Part shown: positions 1-13,917 of the stretch, piece after piece | Layout of the letters: each line of letters opens with the position of its first letter | Position numbering within the stretch: position 1 is the stretch's first letter | Assembly (NCBI GenBank): GCA_964016885.1 | Contig: OZ024743.1 | Span: 146,134,001 to 146,198,000, forward strand | From: Eledone cirrhosa | Taxonomy: Eukaryota | Length of the DNA stretch: 64,000 nt | Reading direction: 5' to 3' | Notes under the pieces: model-generated | The model's database searches: none | Told to the model about the DNA's origin: nothing | Seen by the model: the letters and a program-made list of their open reading frames with translations, nothing else | Program-made: the position numbers and the translations under genes

Positions 1-1384
1 AAGGATATGGCCAGTTTAAATGCTAAGTGGTTAAAAATGTAGAACTATATATGACACTTGTTTTTGCAGTTCATTTAATTTAATATTTCAGTACCATGAA
101 TATATTTACTGTCATTACTGTGGGTATAGGTACACTAGTATTTCTCTTATCTGTAAATATTTATTTATGACAGTTTTGGTGTTACAACTGATATATGATG
201 TTGAACAATAGACAAAATTGTTTTTCCAGCAATTTCTTCTCTGTAAAACCATTTACAAAAGAATTTCCACAGAACTTTACCACCCACTTACACACACGAA
301 TTTGCTTTTTATTTCCATGCAAGTTCTAGCCATGGGCATATCCTGGAAACTATCTTACATGAATCCAATATAAATTCCCATCTTTATAGTTAGTTTTTTT
401 TTTTTTCTTTGCGTGTATTCTTGTTTTATTAACTCATGTTTTCTTACTTCCTGTTCCATGCTTTCATTTTTTATTTACTAATATATTTTTTTAATGTTTT
501 TTATTAAAGAATGCCAGTTCAGTGATTGGCAAGTGTGTTATTCAGGTTGTGTTTTACCCTGATACAGACTGGTGCCAAATGATCAATAAAGCCTTAGACC
601 TAGACAAGTCGACATCAGCAGCCTAGCACCTAGTTTGGTGTCATTATATAGCCTGCCAGCCAGCTACAACAAAGATGGAATTTACTATGGACAGTTTGTT
701 TGGACATGGAAACATGTCATCTTTCTTCTGTCTCTCTCTCACTTTCAATAATTTACTGACATAGCAACTGTTCTGTGTATGTGTATGTGTGTTTGTGTTG
801 ATCAGCAGCTGCTCTCATTGATTTCTTTTCTCCAGCACAAAATGTATTCAAAACGGCTGTTTCTCCTAAACCTTAATATGGATTGCTTTATTTCTTTTTA
901 TATTTTCATCTGTATTTTTTGCTGTTCTTTCCCTGAAAGGGTAGAGAATAATCTCTACTGTCATTAATTTTGTGTGCAAGAGCACTTCAAGAAATTGGGT
1001 ATCTATCATATAGGTAGGGATAGGATTTATACCTTAATAGATACCAAAAGGCAGGAGAGAAAAAATAAGCATTTAAATCTCTCTCTCTCTCTCTCTCACA
1101 CATGTATAGATACAGGCATGTATATGTGGTTAAGATGTTTGCTTTGCAACCATGTGCTTTTTGGTTCAATCCCACTGCATGACATCTCAGTCAAGTGTCT
1201 TCTACTTCAGCCTTATGAGGGACAATACCTTGGGAGTAAAATTTGGTAAACAGAAACTGAGCAGATATCCCCTTCACATATGTCCCCTTCACCAGTATTA
1301 TGTCCACTTTTCCAAGTTGTATAGGCTGGACAGACCCTCACCAGTACAGCTTCCTTTCACCTGTTATATTCCTTTGTCATCTCT

Positions 1385-2180
1385 GTGAGTTTCAGCATCC
1401 TAAGATTAGCTCTCACCACTTCTGCCCAAGTCTTAGAGGAAGTCTTCCTTGGTCAACCTCTTCCACAGCTATCTTCCACTTGAAACTCACTAAATCCAAT
1501 GCTTATGTCTCACTCCCATGCATCACACTTTCACACATAGATATTATATAATCTACTCTTCATTTGAAGAGAAAATCTCTTTGTTGCCAGCCGGAGTAAC
1601 CCTCTGAACTTTTTCCACTCCGTTTTTGTTCTTGCTACTATACTCCACACTCCTAATGAGGCCAGCTAGGTAGCAGAAACTATCAACTACTTCTATTAAG
1701 CTTGCCTTGGTTTGACAACAGTATCACTGGTACTACTAAAATCTCTATTCTGTGATAGCCTGCCAGTGTTCCCACTACACCTTGCACAGCTATAGTTTAC
1801 ACTTGGCTCACAGTATGGAGTTTCTATCAACTCCTTTTCTGCAAATTGAGCAAGGCCATTTCTCAGATGGTAGCAGGATGTTATTTGCTTTCCTATTCAA
1901 TAGAATTTTAGTCTTTCCTAAGTTTGTGCCTAAGCCTTTCAAATATAGGTTTTGTTTCCATGTCTGGAATTTCTTCTCTAAATTTGTCCAAATTTTGACT
2001 ATAAGTACTGGGGTGGGTTAAGAACTGAACCTTGATTAACACCCATCTGTACATTGAATTCTTCACTAAACTCATTGCTTGGTCTCACTTTGCTGATAGC
2101 ATCTTCACACAAGCCATTCATAGAGAATGGTCAGCTGAAAAGTTCATAGGCTGACCAAGATACTCTCATGGAATGACAAA
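1385..2180 (-). mobile_element. RTE-clade LINE fragment
   Basis: Antisense similarity to the RTE copies at 28450 and 44945 (ctgaactttttccactc, ctccttttctgca, gaaccttgattaacacccat). Confidence 0.7.
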
Positions 2181-3218
2181 ATTACTAAGTATATACATAT
2201 ATATATAAACACAGGGAGGAGAGATAATTAGAGAAAAATGTTTGAGCAGACAAATAAATGACAGATATATCCGTGAATTCTGGCTGCATTGAAAAGCAAC
2301 AAAAAGGATTTAGTTAGATTGTTAGAGATGACTCATTATAATACACTTTAGGGTGGTGGATTGGCAGTATCTGTTGAGCATTGGACAACATGCTTCGCAG
2401 CATAGAGTTATTGCCCTTTACGTTCTAAGTTCAAATCTCGCTGAGGTTAGTTTTGCTTTTCATCCTTACGAGGTCGATAAAATAAAGCACCAGTAATGCA
2501 GTGGGTTCAATTTAATCAACTTTCCCCTCTCCCAAAATTGCTGGCCTTGGGCCTATAGTAGAAATCATAATACATTTTATCAGGGCAGTAGATTGGTAGA
2601 ATCATTAGAGCATCGAGGTGATAAAAGCCGACCTTACCCAATTACACCTCTCAAAGGCAATGACACACGACCGTGACTTCTGGCGTCACGCAGTAATACA
2701 GAGTACCCGACCTCCCATGGGTACAAGCTGAAGCATATAGACAATATGCCCCCACACCCCCCACCGCAAGGTGGTCGTGGAGGTGCCACGGAAAAAAAGC
2801 ACCCAGCCCACACTGTAAAGTGGACGTGTAGGCGCCACGAAAAAGCACCCAGCACTCACTGTAAATGAGGTTGGTGTTAGGAAGGGCATCCAGCTGTAGA
2901 AATCAAGCCAAATCAGTTCCTGTATGAGCAAGGCATGGTCAGCCGACCAGACACTGCCCACAACAGGACAACCCGTCTAACCCATGCTAGCGTGGAAGAA
3001 CGGACGTAAAACGGTGATGATGATGATGATCTCAGCTCTTTATGCCATGAGTTCAAATCATATCGAGGTCAACTTTGCCTTTCATCTTTCCAGGGTCGAT
3101 AAAGTACCAGTCATGTACTGGGGTCAATGTAATTAACTGTTCCTATCCTCATAAATTGCAGGCTTTTGTGTTGGAATTAGAATTCATTAGTTTATTATTT
3201 GTATATTCATACATATGT

Positions 3219-3359
<141 letters not shown>

Positions 3360-5423
3360 AAAATAAATAAACATGTTTGTGTGTCTGTTTGTATGTATAT
3401 ATGTATATCCATATGTGGTTGATTGCTGAGGGAAAAGAGTACTCAATACCGAAGTAGAGTTTATTCATTTTATTACGGCTAAATAGTGAGTCTTGTTATT
3501 CTGGAGATTCGCTTGTTTATCACAGGGTTATTAGACAAGGTTCTTGTCTGATGGCCCTGTGATAAACAGGCGAAACTCCAGAATAATAAAATGAATATAG
3601 GTGCATGGCTTAGTTGTTAGAGTGTTCAGCTCACCCTCATGGCTTTGATTCTTAGTGGCGCAAGACATTATTTCATGTTGCTCCAGTCCACTTAGCTGAC
3701 AAAAAAGTTTTACTTGTAATTCAAAAGGCCAGCCTTGTCACACTGTATGTCATGCTGAATCCCTGAGAACTACATTAAGGCTACATGTGTCTGTGGAATG
3801 TTCAGCCACTTGCATGCTAATTTAAGAGGCAGGCTGTTTTATTGTTAGTACAATTGGAACACTTATCATTGGAAGTGAGTGAGGTCCAACACATGCACAT
3901 GTTTGTGTGTTGGTATGTTGATTCAGTTCGTACACATGTGAGACATTAAGATAGAACAGGTATTTAAACATGAAGTAATGACAAGTTTGTCATGAGTATA
4001 TGGTGGGGGGTGGGGGGTGGTAGAGGGGTGAAAAAGTATGTCATTGGTATATGATAGGTGTGGTGGGAATTGACAAGATGATGAGAGGGAGAGGAGGTCT
4101 TGGATAGGGGTAGGGCACAATGGTGATGGGAACTAAGGAATTATGACTGATGCTTTAGGACCTAAACAGGGACGAGGCAGTCCTGAGGAGAGTAGGGTGG
4201 GGTTGGGTATACAGTGATAGTGAATATAATTATTATTGACAGGGTAGGTGTATGCACAGGAATAGATCAGGTCACATTTTATGCCGGTTGTTAGGTCTTC
4301 AGTACAGTATGTCATCAATCCTAAAGGTCCTTTGTCATCTCTGTTGTGAGGTTCAAGCTTCTTAAGGTCGGGTTTACAACTATTTCATCTCATGATTTCC
4401 TAGGTCTCCCTGGCACTGAGGGAATATATTTCACTTGTGTTTATTTCTCCTGTGTATCTGCCACATACAAAGTTTATGTTTTCGGTTAACCTACCTGTAA
4501 TCCTACTATATTTCTTGTATGTCCGTAGATTGCGTATACATATATATATATATATATAAAATCTCAGTGGCTGGGACCCATGGAAGAAGAAATCTCAGGA
4601 AGACATGGTGGGGTAATGAAGACCAACTTTAAGAAGCTAAACTTTACAATGGACTGAGAATTGTCATTGTTGATCACCAACACTTTAGTTTCTGATCTCT
4701 CATATTTACTTTTACTTTTGCAAGGTTTGTATTGTTGGATGAGTCTTTTGTATTATGGTATATTGTCAATCATCTTGGTCCTTTGTCATCTCCTTTGTAA
4801 GATTCAATTTCTTGAGGTAATTCTTCACAACTTCATCTCATGTCTTTTACCTCTTCTACAGGTTCGATCCATGTCAAGTGCTCATCACTTTTTTTTTTAT
4901 ATAACTCTTGCTCTTCTTATGCATCACATCACCATACCAGCACAATTATCTCTCTTGTTGACTACATTCAATTCCTCTTATGCTTAGCTTTTTTTTCAGC
5001 TCAGTAGTGTACTGTCATTCATATACACTAAGATTATATATCCAGTGAAGCAGAAATGCTTAATTTCTTTTTAGCTTTCACAAATCTTCAGTATTCAGGG
5101 CTCACATCTTGCTGCTATGCAGCATAGCAGTTCAAACACAAGTATCATATAATCTGTCCTTCACTCAGAGAGAGGCTTTTTGTTGTCAGCAAAAGTAAAA
5201 GATCCCAGCACTTCTTCGACTCTTTTCTCACTCTGGCTACAACAGTTTCAGTACTTGCACCTTCACTGCTGAAGAGCTCTCTCAGATAGTAAAGGTCATC
5301 TAGTACTTCTAGTAAGCTTTCAAAGCATTTACTCCTATTTACAAATCTAGTTGATTAACCGCATACTGTTTTTTTTAAGGAAAACTGTGCAACTACTTAC
5401 ATGAACAAATATATACGTGTTTA

Positions 5424-5457
<34 letters not shown>

Positions 5458-5469
5458 CATACATATATA

Positions 5470-5640
5470 TATATGTATGTAAAAGGTAAACAGAAATAAC
5501 AACACAAGTGGTACAGTATATGGAAGGAATATATTAGTTTAACGCTTGAAATAACAGGAAGAAAGTCTTAATGATTTGGATGTTAGTCCTTCATCAGAAG
5601 AAAGAATGAGAAATTTGAAAGATTATGGGGGCGGGCAGGG
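5470..5640 (-). mobile_element. Solo 3' fragment of the same Penelope pseudo-LTR
   Basis: Colinear with 25350-25520 (aaaaggtaaacagaaataacaacaca...agtccttcatcagaagaaagaatgagaaat). Confidence 0.8.
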
Positions 5641-5792
5641 CGGAATTGGAATATATATATATATCATCATCATCATTTTATGTCCGCTTTTCCCTGCTTA
5701 TATTTACATAGACAACATATGCATAAACGCACCTGCACTGTGTCGTATTTGTGACAGTATTGTATTAGCTCAATGTACAAGAACGGAGCCGT

Positions 5793-6469
5793 TATATGTA
5801 AAAGAAATCAAAGAACTCCTACACACTCATACAATTTTTATTTGCTGACAATGTTTCATCCATGCCATGGGGCAGGAATCATCAGAGCTTTATAAACAAA
5901 AATATAGTGCTGAGTATAAGCTCTGGGGAGGAATAAAATCCCCTTTGGACTTTCTGAAGTTACCTTAGTGGTCTTTTAGTATTTCTATAACTCTAAGTTA
6001 TGGGAAACTAAATCACCTGTTCTATATAGTGACCAATGCATAACTTCCTCTGGCTTTTGTGTGCTTTAATTTTTTAATTATTTTTTTAATTATTTATTTA
6101 TCTCTTTGTATTATTATTTTTCTTTTACTTTATTATTATTATATTTTTTAACTATCGTTAAATGCTTTATTTGTTTCTGTGTGCCCTCACGTGCCTCCGC
6201 CTCTTGTGAGTAAATCTGCCTATATCCTCATATGTAGCTGTAATGTATAACAACCCCATTACGCATTCTCTCCATCCTTTCCATTTCCTATCTCCCCATT
6301 ATTATCCTGTACTCTATATCTAATGTTCGTGTGACTAAACTTGGTAGAGCTTATACTCAGCACTATATTTTTGTTTATAAAGCTCTGATGATTCCTGCCC
6401 CATGGTATGGATGAAACATTGTCAGCAAATAAAAATTGTATGAGTATGTAGGAGTTCTTTGATTTCTTT

Positions 6470-6477
<8 letters not shown>
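5793..6477. mobile_element. Fold-back element with 132-bp inverted arms, each containing a hammerhead-like motif (probable PLE pseudo-LTR remnant)
   Basis: 5793-5924 is the reverse complement of 6346-6477 with 2 mismatches. Confidence 0.8.
6370..6433 (+). ncRNA. Minimal type-I hammerhead-ribozyme-like motif (antisense copy at about 5837-5900)
   Basis: gct-CTGATGA(6385)-t-tcc-tgcc-ccat-ggta-t-gga-t-GAAAC(6413)-att-GTC-agc. Stem I gct/agc is extended by tttgttt/aaataaa; predicted cleavage after 6423. Confidence 0.6.
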
Positions 6478-6540
<63 letters not shown>

Positions 6541-7185
6541 TAGATAATTGGATTCGCAATCGTGAGGTTGTAAATTCGACTCCTGGACCAGGTGATGCGT
6601 TATGTCCTTGAGACACTTTATTTATGATAATGTTATAATAATGAAATTATTGTGCACAGTGCTCAGGTGCACTACAACTTGTCACAGGTGCATGTGTAGT
6701 ACATAGAATAATGTACAAATGTCAAGAAAGTGAACAGTGTATGAGTCATGATATACATGTGTGCATGTGTATGGAGGGGGGATATCAACACGTTACATAT
6801 ATATGTATATCTATATAATATATATGTATATATATGCATATGTATATATATATACATATAATATATGTATATATATACACACACACACGTATATATTCAT
6901 GTATACACACACACACACACACATATCACCTTTCTCCACAAATATATGGCATAAAAAACAGTAAATACACATCGTAAATATTGTATGTAAAAATGGAGGT
7001 GTGACTTATTTACCACAGAGACTAAAATGTACAGTGCCCTCTGTAGTCCTGAGAGATTTAGTGACTTCAATGAAGTACTCACTTGGTCTGTGACAACCCG
7101 TTCAACCTATGCCTGCATGAAAGGACGATTCAAGATGATGACATATATCAATTTTAGGAGGTCAGTAAACCTTTGCCGGTATGAG

Positions 7186-8819
7186 CTGTTACAACATACC
7201 CACCTACCTACCTCCCTGTAGAGTGTGTGTGTGTGTAAACATGATATGGGCCCCTGGCTCATCTGAGTGTTACAACATAGCCACCTACCTACCTCCCTGT
7301 AGAGTGTGTGTGTGTGTAAACATGATATGGGCCCCTGGCTCATCTGAGTGTTACAACATACCCACCTACCTACCTCCCTGTAGAGTGTGTGTGTGTGTAA
7401 ACATGATATGGGCCCCTGGCTCATCTGAGTGTTACAACATAGCCACCTACCTACCTCCCTGTAGAGTGTGTGTGTGTGTAAACATGATATGGGCCCCTGG
7501 CTCATCTGAGTGTTACAACATACCCACCTACCTACCTCCCTGTAGAGTGTGTGTGTGTGTAAACATGATATGGGCCCCTGGCTCATCTGAGTGTTACAAC
7601 ATACCCACCTACCTACCGTCCTGTAGAGTGTGTGTGTGTGTAAACATGATATGGGCCCCTGGCTCATCTGAGTGTTACAACATACCCACCTACCTACCTC
7701 CCTGTAGAGTGTGTGTGTGTGTAAACATGATATGGGCCCCTGGCTCATCTGAGTGTTACAACATAGCCACCTACCTACCTCCCTGTAGAGTGTGTGTGTG
7801 TGTAAACATGATATGGGCCCCTGGCTCATCTGAGTGTTACAACATACCCACCTACCTACCTCCCTGTAGAGTGTGTGTGTGTGTGTAAACATGATATGGG
7901 CCCCTGGCTCATCTGAGTGTTACAACATACCCACCTACCTACCTCCCTGTAGAGTGTGTGTGTGTGTAAACATGATATGGGCCCCTGGCTCATCTGAGTG
8001 TTACAACATAGCCACCTACCTACCTCCCTGTAGAGTGTGTGTGTGTGTAAACATGATATGGGCCCCTGGCTCATCTGAGTGTTACAACATAGCCACCTAC
8101 CTACCTCCCTGTAGAGTGTGTGTGTGTGTAAACATGATATGGGCCCCTGGCTCATCTGAGTGTTACAACATACCCACCTACCTACCTCCCTGTAGAGTGT
8201 GTGTGTGTGTAAACATGATATGGGCCCCTGGCTCATCTGAGTGTTACAACATAGCCACCTACCTACCTCCCTGTAGAGTGTGTGTGTGTGTAAACATGAT
8301 ATGGGCCCCTGGCTCATCTGAGTGTTACAACATACCCACCTACCTACCTCCCTGTAGAGTGTGTGTGTGTGTAAACATGATATGGGCCCCTGGCTCATCT
8401 GAGTGTTACAACATACCCACCTACCTACCGTCCTGTAGAGTGTGTGTGTGTGTAAACATGATATGGGCCCCTGGCTCATCTGAGTGTTACAACATACCCA
8501 CCTACCTACCTCCCTGTAGAGTGTGTGTGTGTGTAAACATGATATGGGCCCCTGGCTCATCTGAGTGTTAGAAGAACATACCCACCTACCACCCTGTAGA
8601 GTTTGGGGGACGTATGTAAACGTGATATTGTGCCCCTGGCTCATCTGAGTGTTAGAAGAACATACCCACCTACCGTCCTGTAGAGTTTGGGGGACGTATG
8701 TAAACGTGATATTGTGCCCCTGGCTCATCTGAGTGTTAGAAGAACATACCCACCTACCGTCCTGTAGAGTTTGGGGGACGTATGTAAACGTGATATTGTG
8801 CCCCTGGCTCATCTGAGTG
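7186..8819. repeat. Minisatellite: about 17 copies of an 81-bp unit followed by 3 copies of a related 84-bp unit
   Basis: The unit tgttacaacata(c/g)ccacctacctacctccctgtagagtgtgtgtgtgtgtaaacatgatatgggcccctggctcatctgag recurs every 81 bp (7201, 7282, ...). Variant units start at 8561, 8645 and 8729. Confidence 0.97.
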
Positions 8820-9013
8820 GTCAGGAGCTTTGATTGAATTCTGACTTTATCAGTGACATGTCCAACCCTTGCTAGTCGGGGAAATGGATGTTAAATAATA
8901 ATAATGATCATCACCATCTTCATCTTTTAATGTTTGTTTTTCTTGCTACACACACACACTCATATATTATCATACTTATACGTTAACATATGTATATTAT
9001 CATCCATGTATAG

Positions 9014-9015
<2 letters not shown>

Positions 9016-9070
<55 letters not shown>
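9016..9070. repeat. (CA)n microsatellite
   Basis: Direct reading. Confidence 0.97.
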
Positions 9071-9072
<2 letters not shown>

Positions 9073-10499
9073 TCGATACTAGCATGGGAAAACAGATGTA
9101 AAATTAATATATATATATATGTACATTTATATATATATATATGTGTGTGTGTGTATGTGTGTTTATACATATATACTTATGTATTATATGCATATACACA
9201 CATATACATATAAGCACATATGTACACACATATATGTACACACATATTTGAGTGTGTGTATATAAGCAGTGATGATGATGATATATATATACACATATAT
9301 TGTGTGTGTGTGTGTGTGTGTCTATCTTGGAAAGAGAAGACCTCAACGGACAAATGTGTCAAAAAATATATACAAACAGAAGTTTGAGTTGTAGGAAAGA
9401 AAATATAAGGGACACCTTTATACTTTGCCTACCCACTTCAATTAAGTGGTGTCCTGAAAAATTAATATTTCTCATCTTTTTGGATAGTTGATGCAGATAA
9501 CCTTCAATTCATAGAGGAGTGATTAGGTTGAAATGACTTTCTACATTAACCAGGAAAGTAAAATGTTATAAAACTATTTGTCTACAAAAGCAGTAATAAA
9601 AACAAAGATTATAAGGAGGATGATGATGATAATATTACCATAAGTTCCTCTGCTTTGAAATGATCACTTCTTTTGTTTAGATATAGTGTTATAGAATTTA
9701 GTATAATGAATTAGTATATAGAATTTAGTATATTTCTCTTACAAATTCTCATAAAAAAATTCTGAAAAATAAAACCATTTTCTTTTCTCTTTTACAATGG
9801 GTCTAAAACAATGTTCTATAACAAAAGAAAAAATGCAAAAATAATAATAACAGTATAAACAACAATACCAAACAAGCACTAAATTGATTAATAGTTTGTT
9901 AAGTTTAAGATACACTAAATCATATTGCTGTTGAAATCTTTCAAAACTGTCAGATTAACTACAAAATTGCTGACGGAAAAGTTATCAAATCGAGCAAGCA
10001 TAATGGAGTTGTTTTAAATTCTTGGTAAAAACGATTGCCACCCAATTCTTTGTCTATCAGGGCAATCGCTTCTCTTTTGCTTTGGATTGATAATCAATAT
10101 TAACTAGCGATGTGAAAAGTGCTTGCCAGTTTGTTTCAACACTTGGCTGAAATTCCATGACTGCCAACTACATGGAATAGATTGGAATTAGCAGCACTCA
10201 CCATATTTATTTATTCTTTTTTTCCCTTCTAAATATCTCCTTACAGTCATCTTTTTAACCAGTCTCTGCTACACCTACACATTACATTCCCAATTCGTCA
10301 GTATCTAGGATTGTATAGAACAATTCTTCATTGCAAATCCATTGATTTTTTTTTCTCCCTCCCTTTCCTTCCATTTGTTTTTTTTCGCCACTCCCTTCCC
10401 TCGTATTTCTACTTTTTTAGCTATATATAGATTTTTTTACCTCAGCAGCTTGTTTCTTTAAAGCCATTGCTTTCCTTGGTATTATCAGGTGTTGTAGCA

Positions 10500-10730
10500 T
10501 GATTTTGTGCTTGCACTGACTGGCCGCTTGTCTCCTTGACCAATGCCTGCAAGTGATCTTGTCCATCTATTGGCTTGACCACTCATAGCTATTTTCATAG
10601 AAAATCTTATTGGCTAAACTCGACATATTTTTATATATGAGGAATAGGTGCCACATATTTTTTCTCTTTCAAAGAAGCGGTGCTGATTAAATAGACATAT
10701 TACATTTATCTTTGCACAGTTTTATTGGTT
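10500..10730. promoter_or_regulatory. Candidate CCAAT-box promoter, possibly for the non-coding first exon of the zinc-finger gene
   Basis: CCAAT 10540-10544 and ATTGG at 10569-10573, 10609-10613 and 10724-10728, in an apparently TE-free stretch. The gene needs an upstream UTR exon because its start exon begins with a splice acceptor. Confidence 0.3.
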
Positions 10731-11601
10731 TTTCTTATCATTTTTTTTTTGTCTTTCTAATTCACTTTGATAAAATCTTTTTTTTTTAAATATTTTAATT
10801 CTAAAGTAAATCATAGATTTTCATTATATTGTGGAGTGAATGTTTTTGCATTCTTGGCAATATTTTTTTTCTTAATCTTATTGTCTACAGCATTTTGTTA
10901 AAAAATTATTTTCTTATATGGCATCTTAGATTTTTAAGAAATGGAAATCTGAATTGTAATTTTTAAAATGGCTTAATAATAATAATAATAATAATTACTT
11001 TATTACCCACAAAAGGTTTACAAAAAATACATTAAGGACAGCACAGGACGGTACAAATATGGGTTTGTGTGTGTAAAAAAAGGTAACAAAAACAAAAGAT
11101 GTAACAAAAAAAAAATGGAAACAAAGGGGAAATTCTCAATAGATCTGGGTGGGGTGGGGGAGGGGTAATAATAATAATAATTGGTTCTACTTTTGGCACA
11201 AGGCCAGGATAATAATAATAATTGTTTCTACTTTTGGCACAAGGGCAGCAATTATCCCAGAACATTACTGGTGCTTTATTTTATTGACCACGTAAGGATG
11301 AAAAGCAAAGTTAATCAACAATAATAATATGTTCATCATAAATGTATGATATAGTACACTGAAATATATATATATAACAACTATTTCAATTGACATAACA
11401 TTTTCTTTTTCAAAATAAAATATATTTTACTTAAAAAAATGATTTCAAATTCTATTCAGCTCTCTTTAAATGATTCCTGTATACTACCTGTAGCTATCAG
11501 TCAGTTAATTAAAAATTTCATTAGTCATTATCTATCAAATATTCATTATTTTGAAGATGACTACAACAGGCTTTATATATATATATATATATAATATATA
11601 T

Positions 11602-11659
<58 letters not shown>

Positions 11660-13663
11660 ACATGCATATTTTTTAAAATGCCAGACTCCTTTCTGAGCTT
11701 TATTTTCCTGATTTAAGGAAGAAGCTGCATTTGATATGTCTTGAAGACTGCAAATTTTCCTTGAGGATACTGTGAAAATTACTTTATTTGCCACAAGGGC
11801 ATGAGTCAGATTAAGGTGAACTCAATTGTATTTACAGTAAGTTGAATATGAATAATCACTTGTCATTAGTGGTGCTAAATTTTATGTTAGCAGCAGCAAT
11901 TGTAAGAAGGGATATAATATATACTGATGCTGCTGTTGTCTATGGTCAGCCCTTTTTAGAATTAGATACACTACATGCCATGCAATAACGAAGTAGGATT
12001 AAAATAGCTGGGAAACAGTCTTTCCATATAATTATTAACCGTTATGTGTTTTCAACATTGCTGCAACAATATGGTCTTCATCTTTTTTATTCCATTACAG
12101 GATACTGAGTTATTATTAGTATATTCTAATTATATTTCCATAGATGCTCATAATCACTATATACTACATTTTTTTAATGTTGTAAAGCAAAATAGTGCAT
12201 ACTTGCTTTTATATGTGAGATTGTAGGTAAATATAAAGGATAGTATCATGGAGTAATGTAGTCAAAGACATTTTGGCATCAATATTCAAATTTATCCTAG
12301 AAATGTTGGCTTATATTTCTAGTTATATTCTTTATAGTTAGATACAATCAATAGAAACTGGCTAGCCATCCATTGATGGATGCATTTGATTAAGAAAAAT
12401 CCAAGCAATTATCAGACTTATGTGAGATGAATAAATATTGCTGAAAAATATATTGCTAGATGTAGGCTCCCCCTCCATTGCAGTTTTGTTTGTTTGAATC
12501 AGAGTTTGTGAATACGAATGGCATTTTTTGTTTGTTACAGTGAAACCTTACAGATAGCTTAATAACACTCTTCCCCTAACCCTACATTGAATTTTAAGAC
12601 TCAGTTTTTAATAAAATGTTTTGAAGTTCTAACTAACTAGCTACTGAACTTGTCACTTGGGTAACTGAAGGCTCTTTTATTAAGGATTCTTATTTATATG
12701 ACTTGATTGTTGTGGTTTAGTTTAGGCCAGCCTTGATTGAGCAGATTTATGATCAAAGGTGTTCAAAACTGGCCATCCTGCCTTTCTGCAATACACGTCT
12801 CCTTTTCGTTTTGAAATGGTGACTTGAAGATTTGGCTGTTATTTCTAGCAAGTCAAACCACTACATAGAACCCATAACCTTTTTGGCTTCTGACATCACT
12901 GTATTCTGCATGGTTTAGAATTTTGTGAAAGAAAATATTTTATCATTAATTTGCTTTTCTTTCAAAGTTTGTTTTTCAATTAAATCTACTCAGAAAAAAT
13001 CTGAAAACCGATTATTAGATAGCACTTATTTTTTCTTTTAATTCTTGTTCAACATTTATGCAGTGTATAACATCTTTCATTTTCAAGTAATAATTCAGTT
13101 GAATATACTTTCCAACTTTACAATTTAGAAAATTAGTCTTTTAGCCAAAGAAATTGTTGTTGTTGTTGTTGTTAAAAATAAAAATAAAAATCCTGCCATG
13201 GTCAACTAAATAAAATACAGCAGCAGTCACAACTACTTTAATGTCTCCTCCTCACTACTACTACTACTACTACTTATTCCTGGGAGAGTTGTGGGGCAGA
13301 GTCCTCAACCCCTTTTCGGCTGTTTGTATTCGCATAGGTAAGGGTTGGCACTAATACCGAGTTTGGCTTTTACACCTGCCTCTCTTCTGAGGACTGAATA
13401 CTGAAGCTGCTGCATTACTGCACCAGCTTCTGCAATTTTTGCACTTAATTCAGGCTTCTGCTTTCCATCACTCATGAACATGACTGCGAGATACTTGAAC
13501 TTCTCTACCTACTTCTGTGGAGCTCCACTCACATGTAGATTGCATACTAGTCAAATATTAGTGTCAATATATTTGAATTTACCCTCCCCTGAATTGTGGC
13601 TTTGTGCATATATGGTAATACATATTTGGATTGATGGAATTGGTAGAGCATTGGGAAAAGTGC

Positions 13664-13917
13664 TTTGTAAGTATTTTTCTGTTTATTTGAGTTCTGAGTT
13701 CAGATTCCATCGAGGTCAACCGTACCTTTATCTTTCTAGGTTTGATAAAATAAAGTATCAGTAAAGTACTGAGGTACTTTGATAAAATAAAGTATCAGTA
13801 AAGTACTGAGGTACTTTACTGATACTTTATTTTATCAAACCTAGAAAGATAAAAGGTACGGTTGACCTCGATGGAATCTGAACTCAGAACGCAAATAAAC
13901 AGAAAAATACTTACAAA
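13664..13917. repeat. SINE-derived near-perfect palindrome with a central 37-bp tandem duplication
   Basis: 13664-13769 is the reverse complement of 13811-13917; 13741-13777 equals 13778-13814. Confidence 0.9.

Noticed and set aside
7107-8812. Long Cys-rich repetitive ORFs on both strands; CRISPR-like appearance
   Set aside because: By-product of an 81-bp (multiple of 3) tandem repeat. The frame is broken by a GT slip near 7880, and there are no unique spacers or cas genes.
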